The notes under the pieces: generated by a model
Databases searched by the model: none
What the model saw: the letters and a program-made list of their open reading frames with translations, nothing else
Told to the model about the DNA's origin: nothing
Origin: Kiritimatiellia bacterium
GTDB lineage: Bacteria > Verrucomicrobiota > Kiritimatiellia > JAAZAB01
Assembly: GCA_040767085.1 (NCBI GenBank)
Contig: JAXGPF010000007.1
Location: 128,001 to 192,000 of the forward strand
Length of the DNA: 64,000 nucleotides
Reading direction: 5' to 3'
Program-made: the position numbers and the translations under genes
Shown: positions 1 to 11,169 of the stretch, one piece after another
Numbering within the stretch: the first letter of the stretch is position 1
Layout of the letters: each line of letters starts with the position of its first letter

Positions 1-275
1 TCCCGGGCAAGTTTCATCAACTCCTTGATCTTTTCGCGACGGTCTTCGCTGCTCATCTTGACGCGCAAGGGCGCGTTGGAGACGGGCGGCAATCCCTTTT
101 TATGGGAGGATTCCGTCGCGGCGGCCGGCTTGGATTTGGTTTTACGGGACGCATCCGGCGGCGCAGCTTTGGCGGCGGCGGACGACGGCGGTTTGAGGGA
201 GGCGGACTTGGCGGAAGACTTGCTTTTGCCGGCGGACGCCGGCGGTTTTTTTTTCTGCGTGGGCTTTTTATTCAT
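1..275 (-). CDS. rpoD: 5' part of a probable primary sigma-70 factor (runs off the window edge)
   Basis: Manual translation from ATG 275: K/S/P/A-rich N-tail, then SSEDRREKIKELMKLARE, resembling sigma70 region 1.1. Not in the ORF track because it is truncated. Confidence 0.55.
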   Translation of the reverse strand, partial: MNKKPTQKKKPPASAGKSKSSAKSASLKPPSSAAAKAAPPDASRKTKSKPAAATESSHKKGLPPVSNAPLRVKMSSEDRREKIKELMKLAR

Positions 276-371
276 GCCATCTTCCAAGCAGGTTTTCTGC
301 GGCGCGCGCCAGGGCGCGCCCGAACGCGGGAGCACGGCGCGGCCATCAATCATCCGTCCGAGAAAGCAAAA

Positions 372-444
372 AGCCAACGGTCGGAATCGAACCGACGACC
401 GGCGCATTACGAATGCGCTGCTCTACCAGCTGAGCTACGTTGGC
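372..444 (-). tRNA. tRNA-Thr(CGT)
   Basis: Reverse complement GCCAACGTAGCTCAGCTGGTAGAGCAGCGCATTCGTAATGCGCCGGTCGTCGGTTCGATTCCGACCGTTGGCT; cloverleaf, anticodon loop TTCGTAA; CCA not encoded. Confidence 0.95.
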
Positions 445-459
445 AAAAATCAGGGAATC

Positions 460-488
460 ATTAAAAAGGTTTTCACATGACAAGTCAA
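460..488 (-). promoter_or_regulatory. sigma70-like promoter for tRNA-Thr
   Basis: TTGACT-N17-TTTAAT on the minus strand just upstream of the tRNA. Confidence 0.55.
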
Positions 489-512
489 TCAAAAAACGCA
501 AGCCCTGAACCG

Positions 513-547
513 GAAAACAAACGCGGGCGGCGTTGCCGCCGCCCGCG
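513..547 (-). terminator. Intrinsic terminator after groEL
   Basis: 11-bp perfect stem CGCGGGCGGCG/CGCCGCCCGCG with a 4-nt loop, followed by TTTGTTTT on the minus strand. Confidence 0.75.
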
Positions 548-577
548 CTGTTTTACTTGCCTATCTGACGGACCGGT

Positions 578-2221
<1,644 letters not shown>

Positions 2222-2304
2222 AACTGCTGTTCTCCTTTATTGACTTTCCGCCGGGAAACCACGCGCCCGGTGGGCGCGGCAGTCCCTTTTTGGCGGAGCT
2301 TGGT

Positions 2305-2595
2305 TTAACCTTCAATCACGCCCAGGATGTCTTCCTCGCGCACGATCTGATATTCCGTGTCGTCAATTTTGACTTCCGTGCCGCCGTATTTCGGCAGCAA
2401 AACGGACTGGCCTTTCTTGACGTTCATCGGAATCAACTTGCCGTTATCATCCATTTTGCCGGGCCCCACGGCGATGACCTTGCCCTGCATCGGTTTTTCC
2501 TTGGCGGTATCCGGAATGATAATCCCGCCCTTGCTGACTTCCCCTTCCTTCATCGGCTCGATCAGCACGCGATCTCCCAACGGTTGAATCTTCAT
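2305..2595 (-). CDS. groES: Co-chaperonin GroES
   Basis: [25 protein letters not shown]; 96 aa; GGAGG RBS. Confidence 0.99.
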   Translation of the reverse strand: MKIQPLGDRVLIEPMKEGEVSKGGIIIPDTAKEKPMQGKVIAVGPGKMDDNGKLIPMNVKKGQSVLLPKYGGTEVKIDDTEYQIVREEDILGVIEG

Positions 2596-2662
2596 ACGAT
2601 CTGCTCCCTCCTTTGTTTGTTTTGCTTGTGCAGGTTGTTACACCCACGTCCCCGGCGGCGAC

Positions 2663-4618
2663 TTATTTCTTGTCGTCCACCATTTCGAAATCCGCGTCAA
2701 TCACGCCATCGTTTTTCTTGCCGGCCGGGCCGCCGGGAGGCGGCTCTTCGGCCGGCGGCGGGGCGCCGGCCCCGCCGGCCTGCGCGCCGCCGGATGGCTG
2801 GCCGCCCGCGCCCTGCTTGGCCTGGGCGTACAGCTCCGCGGAGACCGCTTGCATTTCCTTGTTGAGTTCCTCAATGCCGGCCTTGATCTTGTCCGCGTCC
2901 TCGGCCTTGATGGCCTGTTTCAAGCGTTCGACCGCCGATTCCACCGCGCCTTTCTTGGCGGCCTCCACCTTGGCGCCGTGTTCCTTCAGGAATTTTTCGG
3001 TTTCATACACCGTGGCGTCGGCCCGGTTGCGCAGTTCCACGGCTTCGCGTTTCCGCTGATCTTCAGAGGCATGCTGCTCGGCATCCTTCACCAGTTGCTC
3101 GATTTCTTTCTTGTCGAGACCGCTGGAGGAGGTGATCGTGATTTTCTGTTCCTTGCTCGTGCCCAGATCCTTGGCGGACACATGCAGGATGCCGTTGGCG
3201 TCAATATCAAACGCCACCTCGATCTGCGGAATACCGCGCGGCGCCGGCGGAATGCCGTCCAGGTGGAACCGGCCGATGGACTTGTTGTCCCCGGCCATCT
3301 TGCGTTCGCCTTGCAGCACATGAATTTCCACGGAAGTCTGGCTGTCGGAGGCGGTGCTGAAAATTTCGCTCTTGCGCGTCGGGATGGTGGTGTTGCGCTC
3401 GATCAGCGTCGTAAACACACCGCCCAGCGTCTCAATGCCCAGGCTCAAAGGCGTGACGTCCAGCAGCAGGACATCATGCACCTCGCCCTTTAATACCCCG
3501 CCCTGGATGGCGGCGCCCACGGCCACCACCTCATCCGGATTCACGCCCTTGTGGGGCTCCTTGTTGAAAACTTCCTTCACGCATTCCTGAACCTTGGGCA
3601 TGCGCGTCATCCCGCCCACCAACACGACTTCGTTCATGCTGCCCATGTCCAGGCCGGAATCCCGGATACAGGCCTTGACCGGCCCGGCCGTCCGCGCCAC
3701 CAGCTCATCCACCAGCTGTTCCAGTTTGGCGCGCGTCAGCGTCATGTTCAGATGTTTGGGCCCCGCGGCATCCGCCGTGATGAACGGGAGGTTGATTTCC
3801 GTCTGCTGCGATGTGGAAAGCTCGCACTTGGCTTTTTCCGCGGCTTCCTTCAACCGCTGCAAGGCCATTGGATCCTTGGAAAGGTCCACGCCGTTTTCTT
3901 TTTTAAACTCCGCCACGATCCAGTCGATCACCGCCTGGTCGAAATCATCGCCGCCCAGGTGCGTGTCGCCATTGGTGGCCTTGACCTCAAAAACGCCTTC
4001 GCCAATTTCCAGGACCGAAATGTCAAACGTTCCGCCGCCCAGATCGTAGACGGCGATTTTCTCGTCTTTCTTCTTGTCCAGGCCATAGGCCAGAGAGGCG
4101 GCCGTGGGCTCGTTGATGATCCGCAAAACTTCCAAACCGGCGATTTTGCCGGCGTCCTTGGTCGCCTGGCGCTGGCTGTCATTGAAATAGGCCGGCACGG
4201 TAATCACCGCCTGGGTGATTTTTTCGCCCAGATAGGCTTCCGCATCCGCACGCAATTTCTGCAGGATCATGGATGAAATTTCCGGCGGCGAGTAAACCTT
4301 GTCGCCGGCCTTCACATGCGCATCGCCGTTGGAGGCCTTGACTACCTGATAAGGCACCAGCGCGATTTCATGCTTCACCACTTCGTCGTACTTGCGCCCC
4401 ATGAAACGTTTGATCGAATAAACCGTGTTGGCGGGATTGGTCACCGCCTGCCGCTTGGCCGCCTGACCGACCAGACGCTCCCCGCTCTTCGTGAACGCCA
4501 CAATCGACGGCGTGGTCCGCGCTCCTTCAGCATTCGGAATCACCACCGGCTCGCCGCCTTCCATGACGGCCATGCACGAATTTGTCGTACCTAAATCTAT
4601 ACCTAATACTTTGGACAT
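2663..4618 (-). CDS. dnaK: Chaperone DnaK (Hsp70)
   Basis: [24 protein letters not shown] tail. Confidence 0.99.
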   Translation of the reverse strand: MSKVLGIDLGTTNSCMAVMEGGEPVVIPNAEGARTTPSIVAFTKSGERLVGQAAKRQAVTNPANTVYSIKRFMGRKYDEVVKHEIALVPYQVVKASNGDAHVKAGDKVYSPPEISSMILQKLRADAEAYLGEKITQAVITVPAYFNDSQRQATKDAGKIAGLEVLRIINEPTAASLAYGLDKKKDEKIAVYDLGGGTFDISVLEIGEGVFEVKATNGDTHLGGDDFDQAVIDWIVAEFKKENGVDLSKDPMALQRLKEAAEKAKCELSTSQQTEINLPFITADAAGPKHLNMTLTRAKLEQLVDELVARTAGPVKACIRDSGLDMGSMNEVVLVGGMTRMPKVQECVKEVFNKEPHKGVNPDEVVAVGAAIQGGVLKGEVHDVLLLDVTPLSLGIETLGGVFTTLIERNTTIPTRKSEIFSTASDSQTSVEIHVLQGERKMAGDNKSIGRFHLDGIPPAPRGIPQIEVAFDIDANGILHVSAKDLGTSKEQKITITSSSGLDKKEIEQLVKDAEQHASEDQRKREAVELRNRADATVYETEKFLKEHGAKVEAAKKGAVESAVERLKQAIKAEDADKIKAGIEELNKEMQAVSAELYAQAKQGAGGQPSGGAQAGGAGAPPPAEEPPPGGPAGKKNDGVIDADFEMVDDKK

Positions 4619-4663
4619 GGAAAATCTCCCTGATATCTTTCAAATTTAAACATTAAATAATAG

Positions 4664-4680
4664 AGCATTTATTATGCCAA
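4664..4680 (-). promoter_or_regulatory. sigma54 (-24/-12) promoter of dnaK
   Basis: TTGGCATAATAAATGCT, i.e. GG-N10-GC, about 45 nt upstream of the dnaK ATG. Confidence 0.7.
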
Positions 4681-4776
4681 GTCTTAACAAATCCGCCTAA
4701 AATATCTTCTTGTTATTGCTGCGCAACAATATACGCATATGCAAGCTCGCGCGATGGATTTTTTTTAAAGCTGCAA

Positions 4777-4824
4777 AGCGCCATTGTGTCGCATGTCGCC
4801 CCGCCGCAAGGGCAATTTGTCGCA
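4777..4824. promoter_or_regulatory. Two candidate enhancer-binding-protein sites
   Basis: AGCGCCATTGTGTCGCA (4777-4793) and AAGGGCAATTTGTCGCA (4808-4824); 7-3-7 geometry, 31 bp apart. Confidence 0.45.
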
Positions 4825-5134
4825 TTTTTTCGGCATTGCGGAACAGATGTTTTGAGGCGCCAATGAGTAAATTAATTTCAGGCTTCCTGACAGATGGGAA
4901 ATGTCCTGGCACATTTTTTCGCGGCTTGTCGGGCCAAACCGCCCAGAGCAGAATGTTTTTGTTTTGACTTGACCGGCGCAAGCGTATCCTGTACTTGTTG
5001 GTATAGAGGCAATCAATTTATGTAAAGGATTTTACTGGTGCTCCGCATGCCGGGCCGTCAGCCTGGTGGATGAGTCTTGGCCGTTTGGCGGACATCTGCA
5101 ATTCCGATGTAATTATTGGCACAGGAGTGATGCT

Positions 5135-5437
5135 ATGACCAAGCGTGATTTAGTTATGCGCATTTCCCAGGAAACCGGGATGATTCAGCAGGATGTGGCA
5201 GCCGTGCTGCAGAAATCGCTGGATTACATCATTGAAAGCCTGGCGCAAGGCGAAAATGTCGAATTTCGCAATTTCGGCGTCTTTGAAGTGCGCGTGCGCA
5301 AGTCGCGCATCGGCCGCAATCCGAACAAGCCCGCCAATGTCGTCACCATCCCCACCCGTAAAGTTGTGAAATTCAAAATGGGGCGGGTGATGAAGGCCAA
5401 GGTGATGAAGCCGGTGCCGGCCGGCCAGCCGGGTTGA
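5135..5437 (+). CDS. HU/IHF family DNA-binding protein
   Basis: MTKRDLV...VEFRNFGVFEV...GRNP; AGGAG RBS before ATG 5135. Confidence 0.93.
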   Translation: MTKRDLVMRISQETGMIQQDVAAVLQKSLDYIIESLAQGENVEFRNFGVFEVRVRKSRIGRNPNKPANVVTIPTRKVVKFKMGRVMKAKVMKPVPAGQPG

Positions 5438-5438
5438 T

Positions 5439-6710
5439 ATGGGCGCCGCCCCCATGCGATATGAAGCGCCCCGCGGCATGCGGGATTTTTACCCGGAAGA
5501 CATGTCGGCGCGCCAGGCCGTTTTCGGCGCCTGGCGCGCGGCCGCCGAGTTGTTCGGGTTTCTCCCCTACGATGCCTGCGTGGTGGAATCGCTGGACCTG
5601 CTGAAACGTAAGGGCGGCGAAGAAATCGTCGGCCAGATTTACGCCTTCCGCGACAAAAGTGACCGCGAACTGGCCCTGCGTCCGGAGATGACCCCCACCC
5701 TGGCCCGCATGATCGCCGCCCGCCAGAACTCGCTGGCGCTGCCGTTGAAATGGTTCGCCATTGCCCAGTGTTTCCGCTATGAGCGGATGAGCCGCGGCCG
5801 CAAACGCGAGCATTACCAATGGAACCTGGACATTGTCGGCGCGGACGCCATGCAGGCGGAAGCGGAAGTCATCGCGTGCGCGGCGGAAGCCCTGCGGCAG
5901 TTGGGACTGGGCCCGCAAGACGTCGCCATCCATCTTAACAGCCGGGCGCTGCTGGCGGAACTGCTGGCTGGCGCCGGTGTGCCGCCGGATTGCCACGCCG
6001 CCACCTTCCTGGCCCTGGACAAGCGCGGCAAACTTGACGATGCGGCCATCAACCAACTGCTGGCGGAAGCCGGCCTGGACGCCGCCGCCATCGCCGCGGT
6101 ATGGAAGGTGATGAACATCCGCACGCTGGCGGAGGCCGGCGCCCTGGCCGGCGCATCCTCCCCGTCCCTTGCCGGACTGCGGAATCTGCTGGAACTGCTG
6201 GACAATTACGGTTTAGCGGAAATGACGCAATTCGATATTGGCGTCATCCGCGGCCTGGGATATTACACCGGCGTGGTCTTCGAAGCATTTGACTGCCAGC
6301 GTAAATTCCGCGCCATCTTCGGCGGCGGCCGCTACGATCGCCTGCTGAGCGATTTGGGCGGCGCGGCCCTGCCGGCCGTCGGCCTGGGATTCGGCGACGT
6401 TGTGATCGCCGAATTGCTGGCCGACCGCGGCCGCCTGCCGGCCGGGCCGCCGGAAATTGCCTGCGCCGTGGGCTACATGACCGACGCGGAACGCCTGCCC
6501 GCGCTCCGGGCGGCGCGCAATCTGCGCCAGGCGGGCCTGGGCGCCGACCTGGCGCTGCACCCGGAAAAGCCGAAGTCGTTTTTCGGACGCGTCGGCCGGG
6601 GCGGATACCGCGAAGCCGTTTTCCTGGGCCCCGACGATTGCGCGCGCGGCGTGATGCGCATCAAGGACCTGCGCCTCCGCTCCGAGCGCGAGATGCCGCT
6701 GCCGGGCTGA
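5439..6710 (+). CDS. hisS: Histidine--tRNA ligase
   Basis: PRGMRDF, LRPEMTP, FRYER, RGLGYYTG, GGGRYD. Confidence 0.95.
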   Translation: MGAAPMRYEAPRGMRDFYPEDMSARQAVFGAWRAAAELFGFLPYDACVVESLDLLKRKGGEEIVGQIYAFRDKSDRELALRPEMTPTLARMIAARQNSLALPLKWFAIAQCFRYERMSRGRKREHYQWNLDIVGADAMQAEAEVIACAAEALRQLGLGPQDVAIHLNSRALLAELLAGAGVPPDCHAATFLALDKRGKLDDAAINQLLAEAGLDAAAIAAVWKVMNIRTLAEAGALAGASSPSLAGLRNLLELLDNYGLAEMTQFDIGVIRGLGYYTGVVFEAFDCQRKFRAIFGGGRYDRLLSDLGGAALPAVGLGFGDVVIAELLADRGRLPAGPPEIACAVGYMTDAERLPALRAARNLRQAGLGADLALHPEKPKSFFGRVGRGGYREAVFLGPDDCARGVMRIKDLRLRSEREMPLPG

Positions 6711-6788
6711 GCCCGACGCCTTCCCCGGCAATGCGGCGAAGTGCGCGCAACCAACTGCCGGCCAATGGCCTGGAACGCTGCGTGCCGC

Positions 6789-8087
6789 TTACATCAGCGA
6801 CGGCAGCCATAAGGACAATTGCGGAAAAGCCACCAGCAGCGCCGCCGCCGCAATCAAACAGCCCAGGAACGGCAACGCGCCCTTGAACACGGTGTGCAAC
6901 CCCACGTCCCGCTCCATGCCGCTGACCACGTAAACATTGACGCCTACCGGCGGCGAAATCACGCCCATCTGCGTCACCACCACGATGATGACGCCGAACC
7001 ATATCAAATCGTAGTGCAGCGATTGGATTACCGGGTAAAAAATCGGGATCGTCAGCATGATCAATCCCAGCGCATCCACGAAACACCCGCACACCAGGTA
7101 GAACAGCACGATCAGCGCCACCACCATCCAAGGCGGCGCCGCCAGGGATGTGAGCCAGGTCGCCAGTTCGAAATGAATACGGGTCACCGCCAGGAAACGC
7201 CCGAAGATCACCGCACCCGCCACAATGATCATGACCATGCAGGAGGTCCGGGCCGTTTCCTGGAGCGAGCGGACCAGCACCGGCCAGGAAAGCCGGCGGC
7301 CGGCCAGGGCGATCAAGAGGCTGCCCGCGGCGCCGACGGCCGCCGCCTCCGTCGGCGTAAACCATCCGCCGAACATGCCGCCGATCACCATGGCAAACAA
7401 GACGACGGTTTCCGAAACGCCCAGCAGCGACCGCCAGCGCGCCCGCCAGGTGATGTTCCGCGCCGGCGGACCCAAGCCGGGCCGGCGGCGGCATTGCCAC
7501 CAGATCATGGCGCAAAATATCACCGTGATCAGCAAGCCCGGCAACACCCCCGCCATGAATAATTTGCCGATGGATTGCTCGGTCATGATCCCGTACACGA
7601 TGAACACCACGCTGGGCGGAATCAGCATGCCCAGCGTGCCGCCCGCGGCCACGGTGCCGGCGGCCAGTTCCATGTCGTAGCGGTAGCGTTTCATTTCCGG
7701 CAGGGCCACCGCCGCCATCGTCGCCGCCGTGGCCGGGCCGGAACCGCAGATGGCGCCGAAGCCCGCGCAGGCCCCCACGGTGGCCATGGCCAGGCCGCCG
7801 GGCAAGCCGCCCATCCAGTGATAGGCGGCATTGAACAAACGCCGGCTGATCCCGGCATGAAAGGCAATCTGGCCCATGAAGACAAACAGGGGAATCACCG
7901 TCAGGCTGTAAGATGACACGGTGTTGAACACGTCGGCGCAGGCCATGTTCAAGGCCGCCTGCGGCGAAACCACCGCCGCGAAACCGACCGTGCCCACCGC
8001 CAGCATGACAAACGCCACGGGCATGCTGCTTAAAAGCAGCAGGAACAGCGCCGCACAGCCGATAATACCGATTTCAATGGGACTCAA
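6789..8087 (-). CDS. dctM: TRAP transporter large permease
   Basis: Polytopic; GTLGMLIPPS, FTPTEAA, SPPVG; TTG start overlaps the dctQ stop. Confidence 0.93.
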   Translation of the reverse strand: MSPIEIGIIGCAALFLLLLSSMPVAFVMLAVGTVGFAAVVSPQAALNMACADVFNTVSSYSLTVIPLFVFMGQIAFHAGISRRLFNAAYHWMGGLPGGLAMATVGACAGFGAICGSGPATAATMAAVALPEMKRYRYDMELAAGTVAAGGTLGMLIPPSVVFIVYGIMTEQSIGKLFMAGVLPGLLITVIFCAMIWWQCRRRPGLGPPARNITWRARWRSLLGVSETVVLFAMVIGGMFGGWFTPTEAAAVGAAGSLLIALAGRRLSWPVLVRSLQETARTSCMVMIIVAGAVIFGRFLAVTRIHFELATWLTSLAAPPWMVVALIVLFYLVCGCFVDALGLIMLTIPIFYPVIQSLHYDLIWFGVIIVVVTQMGVISPPVGVNVYVVSGMERDVGLHTVFKGALPFLGCLIAAAALLVAFPQLSLWLPSLM

Positions 8088-8578
8088 GACTTGATCAACG
8101 CCTTTCCAGGATGCAGCATATGATAAAATATCACCAGCACCATCACGCCGCAGGCGCCGGCAATCACGCCGGGAATCCAGTAAATGGGGATGGGCAAAGT
8201 CGCCATCAATTCGCCGCTGGCCTTGAGTTGCATGCCGTAACGGACATTATAGACCGCTAGCAGGCCGAACAAGCCCAGCACCAGCGCGCGGTTGAAAGCA
8301 TCCAGGATGGCACGGCCGCGCCGCGATAGTTTGTGAAACAACAGTTCCACCGCCACGTGCCCCTTGACCGCCGTGGTGTACGGCAGGGCGCACACGATGA
8401 CCAGCACGCTCAGGATGCGCACAATGTCGTAACTGCCGGCAATCGGCCGGCCGCCCGCCCGCAGCAGCACATCCGCGCAGATCACCAGCATCATAGCCAC
8501 AATCGCCGCGCCGGCAATGCCCGCCAGCACCCGGACCGTCCCGCGCAGGATTTTATGATATATCTGGGTGATGGACAT
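8084..8578 (-). CDS. dctQ: TRAP transporter small permease
   Basis: 4 TM segments, GHVAVEL motif, lies between dctP and dctM. Confidence 0.88.
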   Translation of the reverse strand: MSITQIYHKILRGTVRVLAGIAGAAIVAMMLVICADVLLRAGGRPIAGSYDIVRILSVLVIVCALPYTTAVKGHVAVELLFHKLSRRGRAILDAFNRALVLGLFGLLAVYNVRYGMQLKASGELMATLPIPIYWIPGVIAGACGVMVLVIFYHMLHPGKALIKS

Positions 8579-8631
8579 GGTCCGTTCTCCCTCTGATTTC
8601 CCCCCGGCCGGAGCTGCATGTCCGGCGCCCG

Positions 8632-9678
8632 TCAGCGGGGCGCGGGCCGCAGCATGGCTTGCAAATCGCGCAGCATGGCGGCGCCGGGCAGATTCAGCGA
8701 CTCCGTTTTGCGGACATATTTATCCAGCATCGGCTGCACGGCCGCCTGCCAGCGGGCATTTTCCTCCGGGCTTAACGGCAGGATTGAATGCCGCAGATGC
8801 TGCACGAATTGCCGGCCCTCCTCGTCCGCCGCATCCCAGGCCAGCCCGTGCCGGTTCACCCACTCCGCGCTGACTTCCGCGATGATCCGCTGCAAATCCG
8901 CCGGCAGGCTGTCCCATTTCGCCTTGTTCATCGCCGCAAATATGGCCGTGGTATGACCGATCTGCCGGGAATCAGTCACGCTGGCAATAACCTCGCCCTG
9001 CTTCCAGCCCTTGAGGGTTTCCATGGGACAGAGGGTGGCATCCACCACTCCTTTCTGCAAGGCTTCGTAAGTTTCCGGCTGGCTCATGGCCACCGGCACA
9101 CCGCCCAGGCATTCGACGATTTTCGCCGAAAGCCCGGTGGCGCGGATCTTGAGCCCGCGCATATCTTCCAGCGACTGCGCCGCGCGCTTGGCCGCCAGGA
9201 TGCCCGGTCCATGCGCATGGATGTACAGCATCTGGACATCCTTGAATTCCGCCGGCTGGTACTTTTGGAGCATGGCCATGGCGGCGCGGCTGGCGGTCAG
9301 TCCGTCCGGATACCCCAGCGGCAAATCCAGCCCCTCCATCAACGGAAAGCGCCCGCGGGTATACGCCAGGCAGCTCATCCCGATATCGGAAATCCCGTTA
9401 ACCACCCCTTCGTAACACTGCGGCGCCTGGGTCAGCGTGCCGCCGGGATACAAGGTGATTTTAACACGGCCGCCGGCGCGCTTTTCCACCTCGCGCGCCC
9501 AGGCTTCCGCCGTCTGGCATTGAATATGCGACGGCGGGAAAAAAATACTGTACGACAGCTCGACCGGCCGGGCCCCTTCCGCGCGGTCCGCCTTGCCGCA
9601 TCCGCTTAAACCAGCGGCCAGGCCGATCGCGGCGCAAAGCGCTCCAATCCGATGATGGAATCTCATACTGCTTGTCAC
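8632..9678 (-). CDS. dctP: TRAP substrate-binding lipoprotein
   Basis: Lipobox [19 protein letters not shown]; start GTG 9678 or ATG 9666. Confidence 0.92.
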   Translation of the reverse strand: MTSSMRFHHRIGALCAAIGLAAGLSGCGKADRAEGARPVELSYSIFFPPSHIQCQTAEAWAREVEKRAGGRVKITLYPGGTLTQAPQCYEGVVNGISDIGMSCLAYTRGRFPLMEGLDLPLGYPDGLTASRAAMAMLQKYQPAEFKDVQMLYIHAHGPGILAAKRAAQSLEDMRGLKIRATGLSAKIVECLGGVPVAMSQPETYEALQKGVVDATLCPMETLKGWKQGEVIASVTDSRQIGHTTAIFAAMNKAKWDSLPADLQRIIAEVSAEWVNRHGLAWDAADEEGRQFVQHLRHSILPLSPEENARWQAAVQPMLDKYVRKTESLNLPGAAMLRDLQAMLRPAPR

Positions 9679-9857
9679 TCCGCATTCAAATTTCGGAAAT
9701 TAAATCCTCTGCCGGCAATCCGCGAAATAAACTATGCGGCAAAACAGGCGATGTCAATCAAATGCCGGAAAAAAATGCTTGTTTCGGCCGGCGGCACCGG
9801 TTACAAATGAATGCGCGGGCCGGTGCCGGCCCGCGCTAAACTCCGCCAGCATCTGCC

Positions 9858-9934
9858 GGGCCCGTAGCTCAGTTGGTCAGAGCAGGGGACTCATAATCCT
9901 CTGGTCGCTGGTTCAAGTCCAGCCGGGCCCACCA
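9858..9934 (+). tRNA. tRNA with CAT anticodon, probably Ile2 (lysidine); elongator Met not excluded
   Basis: GGGCCCGTAGCTCAGTTGGTCAGAGCAGGGGACTCATAATCCTCTGGTCGCTGGTTCAAGTCCAGCCGGGCCCACCA; G1-C72 paired, so not initiator; body resembles ileX-type tRNAs. Confidence 0.9.
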
Positions 9935-10086
9935 TGGCAAACATCATTCGCCTGATTCACCAGACCAATTACCTTCTGGACCAGCAAATCCGGCAACTGG
10001 AAGGCGCTTTCCTGGCCGAGGACGGGCTGCGGGAGCGCATGACCCGTGCCCGCCTGGAGGCCCGTCCAAAGCCAAGGCAGCAATGA
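9934..10086 (+). pseudogene. Fragment resembling the C-terminal four-helix-bundle suffix domain
   Basis: MANIIRLIHQTNYLLDQQIRQLEGAFLAEDGLRERMTRARLEAR; starts at the tRNA CCA, no RBS, no N-terminal domain. Confidence 0.6.
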
Positions 10087-10163
10087 TCACCGTTCCGTGG
10101 CTTGGGCAACCGGCGGATGCCAATTATGTTGCAAAAATACGGCCATGCCGCCAGAATACCGCC

Positions 10164-11078
10164 ATGCCGGAAGAATGCGATCACGACCTCGAAATTGCGG
10201 AAGCGGATGACCAGAAGGCGCTGGAATGGCTGGCCGTGCTGGCGGCGCAGCGCATCAACTACCGCCTGGCACGGGACGAAGCTGGCTGGAGGATATTCGT
10301 CCCGCCCGGCCAGGCCGAGGCGGCGCGGGCGGAAATCGCGGCCTACGAGGAGGATGAGCGTTGCCGGGCAACCAGGCCGTTAGCCGCTCCGATGCCCGAT
10401 ATGCCGGCCCATCGCAGCTGGTCGGCGATGTGGGTCGCCGCGTTTGTACTGGCGTTTTATGTCTGGCTCGGACCATATGATCCGGCCCGCACCCTGCTGC
10501 GCCGCGCCGCGGCCGATCCGCGGGCGATGCTGGCGCAGGGCGAATGGTGGCGCGCCATCACCGCCCTGGCCATTCACGGCGACGAGGCGCACCTGGCAGG
10601 CAACCTGGCGGCCTTGCTGTTTTTCGGCTGGGGAGTATGCCGGGTTTTCGGCGGCGGCCTGGGCTGGGCCATGATTCTCGGCGCCGGCGCGGCGGGCAAT
10701 ATTCTGGCCGCCTGGCTGAAGACCCCCGCCACGATCAGCTTCGGCGCTTCCACGGCCTGTTTCGGCGCCCTGGGCATCCTCTCCATGCACCAGGCAGTCA
10801 GCGTGCTGCGCCGGCATGGCCTGACCTGGAACCCGTGGCACCGGGCCTGGATTCCGCTGGGCGCCGGCGTGAGCTTGCTGACACTGCTGGTCACCGGGCC
10901 GACCAGCGATCTGACGGCGCACCTGGCGGGATTTGCCGCCGGGAGTCTGGCCGGCCTGGCCGGGAGCCTGGCCGGGGGCGGCCGCCTCTCTTTCTGGGTG
11001 CAGCGCGTATTGCAAATGGCCTGCCTGGCTGTGGTCATAATCGCCTGGCGCCTGGCGCTCAGACCGGACGCTGTTTAA
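10164..11078 (+). CDS. Rhomboid family intramembrane serine protease
   Basis: EWWR, HLAGN, FGAS catalytic Ser, AHLAG catalytic His; small soluble N-domain. Confidence 0.88.
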   Translation: MPEECDHDLEIAEADDQKALEWLAVLAAQRINYRLARDEAGWRIFVPPGQAEAARAEIAAYEEDERCRATRPLAAPMPDMPAHRSWSAMWVAAFVLAFYVWLGPYDPARTLLRRAAADPRAMLAQGEWWRAITALAIHGDEAHLAGNLAALLFFGWGVCRVFGGGLGWAMILGAGAAGNILAAWLKTPATISFGASTACFGALGILSMHQAVSVLRRHGLTWNPWHRAWIPLGAGVSLLTLLVTGPTSDLTAHLAGFAAGSLAGLAGSLAGGGRLSFWVQRVLQMACLAVVIIAWRLALRPDAV

Positions 11079-11169
11079 ATCCAACATTAAATGCTTGCCA
11101 CGCATGGCCAACCATGCATAATTTAATGGTTGGAATTTTGAATTTAAGCGGCGATTTTGGAGCGACAAG

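Noticed and set aside
2596-4700. CIRCE element for groESL/dnaK
   Set aside because: No TTAGCACTC-N9-GAGTGCTAA match in either upstream region.
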